Positions 26,655 through 29,635 of a stretch of DNA of 29,635 bases are shown here, one piece after another (positions within the stretch are counted from its first letter, which is position 1; each line of letters begins with the position of its first letter). A program made the position numbers and the translations under genes. The DNA comes from Eubacteriales bacterium. GTDB lineage: Bacteria > Bacillota > Clostridia > Oscillospirales > CAG-272. The notes beneath the pieces are model-generated. The model was given only the letters and a program-made list of their open reading frames with translations. It made no database searches and was not told the DNA's origin. The DNA lies in NCBI GenBank assembly GCA_045647965.1, contig JAZRNC010000124.1, positions 1 to 29,635 on the forward strand. Direction: 5' to 3'.

Positions 26655-28418
26655 ATGGCGTATGATGCCGGTATGCTGCGGTTTCTGATCAGTGAGATCA
26701 ATCAGAAGCTTGCAGGAGGAAAGGTAGATAAAATCAGTCAGCCGTCAAGGGATGAGGTTGTTCTTGCGATCCGATGCGGCGGTGAGGACCACCGTCTTGC
26801 GATATCGGCGGGCGGAAACGGTGCACGAATGCATATTACATCGCTGAAGCCGGAAAATCCTGCGGTGCCTCCGATGTTTTGTGTGATGCTCCGCAAGCAT
26901 TTTCAAGGAGCGCGTTTCGCCGGGGCAGAGCAGCTTGGATTTGAACGAGCCGCCCGGCTGACGTTTGACACGCACGATGAACTGGGTTTTTCCACGCAGA
27001 AGCATATCATTTGCGAACTGATGGGGAGATTTTCGAATATCATTATCACAAATGCAGAAGATAAGATTATCGGCGTGCTGAAATCCATTGATTTTTCGAC
27101 GAGTGAAAAAAGACAGGTGCTGGCGGGAATGCGTTACGAATTGCCGCCGAAGCAGGATAAATACGATCCGCTCTCCGATGAGGTGGATGAGCGGCTATTC
27201 AAGCAGCTTGCAGCGGAAAACGATCCGTCCAAATCGGCGGAAAAGTTTATTATGGCGAATTTCTCGGGAATTGCGCCGATGATTGCAAGAGAAATCGTAT
27301 TCCGTGCGGCAGGAAAAACGGATGCTACGCTGTACGAATCCTCCCGCTCCCTGACAGAAAAATTCTTTGATGTGATTCGGACTGTGCGGGATGTAGACAG
27401 TAAGCCGTATATCGTGAAAAATCACGACGGTGTACCGATCGAATACGCATTTATGGAGATCCGTCAGTACGGCACGTCAGCCGTCGCCGTGGAAGTCGAA
27501 TCGATCGGAAAACTGATCGATCTGTATTTTGCCGAACGGGGCAGGGAAGAGAGAATCCACAAAAAAGCCGCGGATATCTTTAAACTTCTTTCGAATGCCG
27601 AGAGCAGAATCATTAAAAAGATGCAGCTTCAGAAAGAAGAACTTGCGGCGTGTGATGACGGCGAAAAATTCAAACTGTGGGGCGATATTATTACCGCCAA
27701 CATTTATCAGTTATCAAGGGGACTGGAGAGCTGTACGTTCCCGAATTATTGGAGCGAGGACTGCGAAGAGGTAACCATTCCGCTGGATAAACGTCTTTCT
27801 CCGTCGGCAAACGCGCAGGTGTACTACAAAAAGTACAACAAATCCAAAGCGGCGAAAATTCATCTTGCGGCACAATTGGAAGCGGCGGAACGGGAACTGG
27901 AATATATCTACACCGTGCTCGACTCTCTTTCCAGAGCGGAAGGCGAGAGGGAATTGTCTGAAATCCGCGCGGAGCTTTACCATAGCGGATATGCGTCGCG
28001 TATGAAAAATTATACGGAGAAAAAGCAGACGGCGCCGAGTATTGTGAAATATCTTACGACGGACGGATACACGGTTCTTTGCGGAAAGAATAATCTGTCC
28101 AATGATTATCTGACGACAAAATTTGCCGCTCGTTCCGATTGGTGGTTCCACGTGAAGAATCAACCCGGCTCTCACGTGGTGCTTGTGGAAAAAAGCGGGG
28201 AAGAGGAGCCTACCGAACGGGCGTTTACGGAAGCTGCGGAGATTGCGGCGTACAATTCCAAAGCGCGCGGGGGGGCGATGATTCCCGTTGACTACACGAA
28301 AGTCGGTAAGGTGAAAAAACCGGCAGGAGCCAAGCCCGGATTTGTAATTTATACAACGAACTGGACGGCGTACGTGACTCCGAAAGAGGAGTACGTGGAG
28401 TCTATGCGACAGAAATAA
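26655..28418 (+). CDS. rqcH: Ribosome quality control protein RqcH (NFACT/FbpA family)
   Basis: MAYDAG, PPMFCVMLRKH, ELMGRFSN, LRYELPP-like (MRYELPP), NAQVYYKKYNK, GKNN..ND, WFHVKNQPGSHV, VDYT, PGFVIY. Confidence 0.93.
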   Translation: MAYDAGMLRFLISEINQKLAGGKVDKISQPSRDEVVLAIRCGGEDHRLAISAGGNGARMHITSLKPENPAVPPMFCVMLRKHFQGARFAGAEQLGFERAARLTFDTHDELGFSTQKHIICELMGRFSNIIITNAEDKIIGVLKSIDFSTSEKRQVLAGMRYELPPKQDKYDPLSDEVDERLFKQLAAENDPSKSAEKFIMANFSGIAPMIAREIVFRAAGKTDATLYESSRSLTEKFFDVIRTVRDVDSKPYIVKNHDGVPIEYAFMEIRQYGTSAVAVEVESIGKLIDLYFAERGREERIHKKAADIFKLLSNAESRIIKKMQLQKEELAACDDGEKFKLWGDIITANIYQLSRGLESCTFPNYWSEDCEEVTIPLDKRLSPSANAQVYYKKYNKSKAAKIHLAAQLEAAERELEYIYTVLDSLSRAEGERELSEIRAELYHSGYASRMKNYTEKKQTAPSIVKYLTTDGYTVLCGKNNLSNDYLTTKFAARSDWWFHVKNQPGSHVVLVEKSGEEEPTERAFTEAAEIAAYNSKARGGAMIPVDYTKVGKVKKPAGAKPGFVIYTTNWTAYVTPKEEYVESMRQK

Positions 28419-28454
28419 CTCGGCAGGGATACAGAGAAAAATGGAGTGGGAACT

Positions 28455-29174
28455 ATGAAAAAGAAGGTATTGGTCTTTGATCTTGACGGAACGCTTACGG
28501 AACACCGCACCTGGATCAGCGATGAAAACACGGAAATGCTCGATGCGCTGAAAAATCGCGGATACCGTATTTTAGTCTGCGGGGCAGGCGCGGCAAGACG
28601 GGTGTTTGCACAAATGAGAAAATATCCCGTTGACATCATTGCCAAATACGGTTTGCAATATGCAAAATATCGCGACGATATCGGTGGAATTGAATTGATA
28701 CGGGATCTCGTGCTGTCGTGCGATAAAGTCTCGGTGGAAGAGCGGATCCTTATGTTTCGTGAAAAGTTTGGTTTTTCTGAGTTTGTCGGAGACAGTGTTG
28801 AGTTTCATGAAACGGGCAGTGTGACCGTCCCTCTCCTCGGAACGAAGGCGGATATACACGATAAGCTTGTGTTTGACCCCGACCGCTCCAAGAGACGGGA
28901 AATATACGGAGAACTTGCCAACTTGTTCCCTGAATATTCGGTATTTATTGCCGGTTCTTCTTCGTTTGATATGGTTCCTATGCCGTATAATAAATATTAC
29001 GCACTGGATGTCTTCTGCAAAGAAGAGGGATATTCGCATGAAGAACTGGTGTATTTCGGCGATGAATACGGAACGGGTGGGAACGACGAGGTTGTATTTT
29101 CGTCCGATATTGACTTTGTTCGTGTGGACCGTTCGAGCGATCTCCCCTCCCTTGTGGAAGGGTATCTCTGTTAA
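28455..29174 (+). CDS. HAD-IIB hydrolase of the eukaryotic-PMM / lactococcal PgmH type (phosphosugar mutase or phosphatase)
   Basis: Motif I FDLDGT; cap GTKA...K..FDPD..KR.EI; FIAGSSSFD; motif III NK; motif IV YFGDEYGTGGND. Confidence 0.85.
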   Translation: MKKKVLVFDLDGTLTEHRTWISDENTEMLDALKNRGYRILVCGAGAARRVFAQMRKYPVDIIAKYGLQYAKYRDDIGGIELIRDLVLSCDKVSVEERILMFREKFGFSEFVGDSVEFHETGSVTVPLLGTKADIHDKLVFDPDRSKRREIYGELANLFPEYSVFIAGSSSFDMVPMPYNKYYALDVFCKEEGYSHEELVYFGDEYGTGGNDEVVFSSDIDFVRVDRSSDLPSLVEGYLC

Positions 29175-29197
29175 GTACCGTACAAGAGAAAATAATC

Positions 29198-29241
29198 AAA
29201 ACAGTACGTATCCGATGGTGGAAACGTACTGTTTTTTCTTT
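29198..29241 (+). terminator. Rho-independent terminator of the GNAT-rqcH-HAD operon
   Basis: AAAACAGTACGT ... ACGTACTGTTTT perfect 12-bp inverted repeat followed by TTCTTT. Confidence 0.85.
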
Positions 29242-29335
29242 AAAAGCGTGTTTGATTTATCCGTGGCGGCAGACGTTATGTGAGAGGGGAAAATTACTGC
29301 CTTTACGCTCCTTCTCGTAAGGAAGATTACAATTT

Positions 29336-29362
29336 GTAGGGACAGGCGTCCTCGACTGTCCG
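29336..29362 (+). repeat. GTAG-type REP-like imperfect palindrome
   Basis: GTAG tetranucleotide followed by GGACAG-G-CG-TCCT-CG-A-CTGTCC. Confidence 0.65.
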
Positions 29363-29387
29363 TGACACATAAAATTCGGCAGAGAAC

Positions 29388-29415
29388 TTGTTTTCTCTGC
29401 GATTTGTGGTATAAT
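29388..29415 (+). promoter_or_regulatory. Extended -10 sigma-A promoter
   Basis: TTGTTT (29388-29393), 16-nt spacer, TATAAT (29410-29415) preceded by TG-G. Confidence 0.6.
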
Positions 29416-29427
29416 GGGGTTAACGAA

Positions 29428-29552
29428 AAGCCTCTCTTGTGTAAAGGGAGGTGGCAGCCGAAGGCTGACGGAGGGATTGTGAAAAGTCCAAAACATCAGA
29501 AAAACAATCCCTCAGTCGCTACGCGACAGCTCCCTTTACACAAGAGAGCCTT
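29428..29552. repeat. Long branched inverted-repeat element (cruciform/MITE-like)
   Basis: 19-bp perfect outer stem (29432-29450 / 29530-29548), 10-bp inner stem (29471-29480 / 29504-29513), side hairpins CAGCC-GAA-GGCTG and GTCGC-TAC-GCGAC, 23-nt A-rich loop. Confidence 0.85.
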
Positions 29553-29635
29553 AGGATGCGTGCAACCATAGGGGTATGGGATTTGCCCTATGTATTGTAA
29601 TATAAATGCGAAACTGGCGATAAAACATAACGATA

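Noticed and set aside
29257-29571. ORFs 29257-29496 (-) and 29362-29571 (+)
   Set aside because: They run through the REP, promoter and inverted repeat, with no RBS or protein-like motifs.
1-29635. CRISPR array, tRNA/rRNA, integrase, transposase or defence system
   Set aside because: No spaced repeats, RNA-gene signatures or such protein motifs were found by eye; gene content is core.

Overview
A core-genome segment from a spore-forming Clostridia-type Firmicute, with no CRISPR array, prophage, RNA gene or transposase detected. Gene order: the 5' end of GTP-type PEP carboxykinase (minus strand, truncated) is divergent from lexA, whose promoter carries a Gram-positive SOS box. Next come a Gfo/Idh/MocA oxidoreductase, a VOC/glyoxalase, an LsrG-like ABM protein and a 3-methyladenine glycosylase. 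A glycogen cluster follows (glgB-glgC-glgD-glgA-glgP-GH13 pullulanase-like), ending at a bidirectional terminator. A long minus-strand run reads lon-ysxC-lysA-M50 protease-scpA-scpB-DUF2953-ytfJ-D,D-carboxypeptidase-rluB-hypothetical-glycerate kinase. Divergent from lon is an acidic GNAT-rqcH(NFACT)-HAD IIB operon. The last 300 bp hold a GTAG-type REP, an extended -10 promoter and a ~120-bp branched inverted repeat. I do not see a clearly new multi-gene system. The best leads are the terminal REP/promoter/cruciform composite, a PgmH/PMM-like HAD enzyme that may supply glucose-1-phosphate, the carbonyl-stress/DNA-repair gene run behind lexA, and an internal promoter plus strong leader hairpin separating glycogen breakdown from synthesis. 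Family assignments come from motif recognition; no database search was run.
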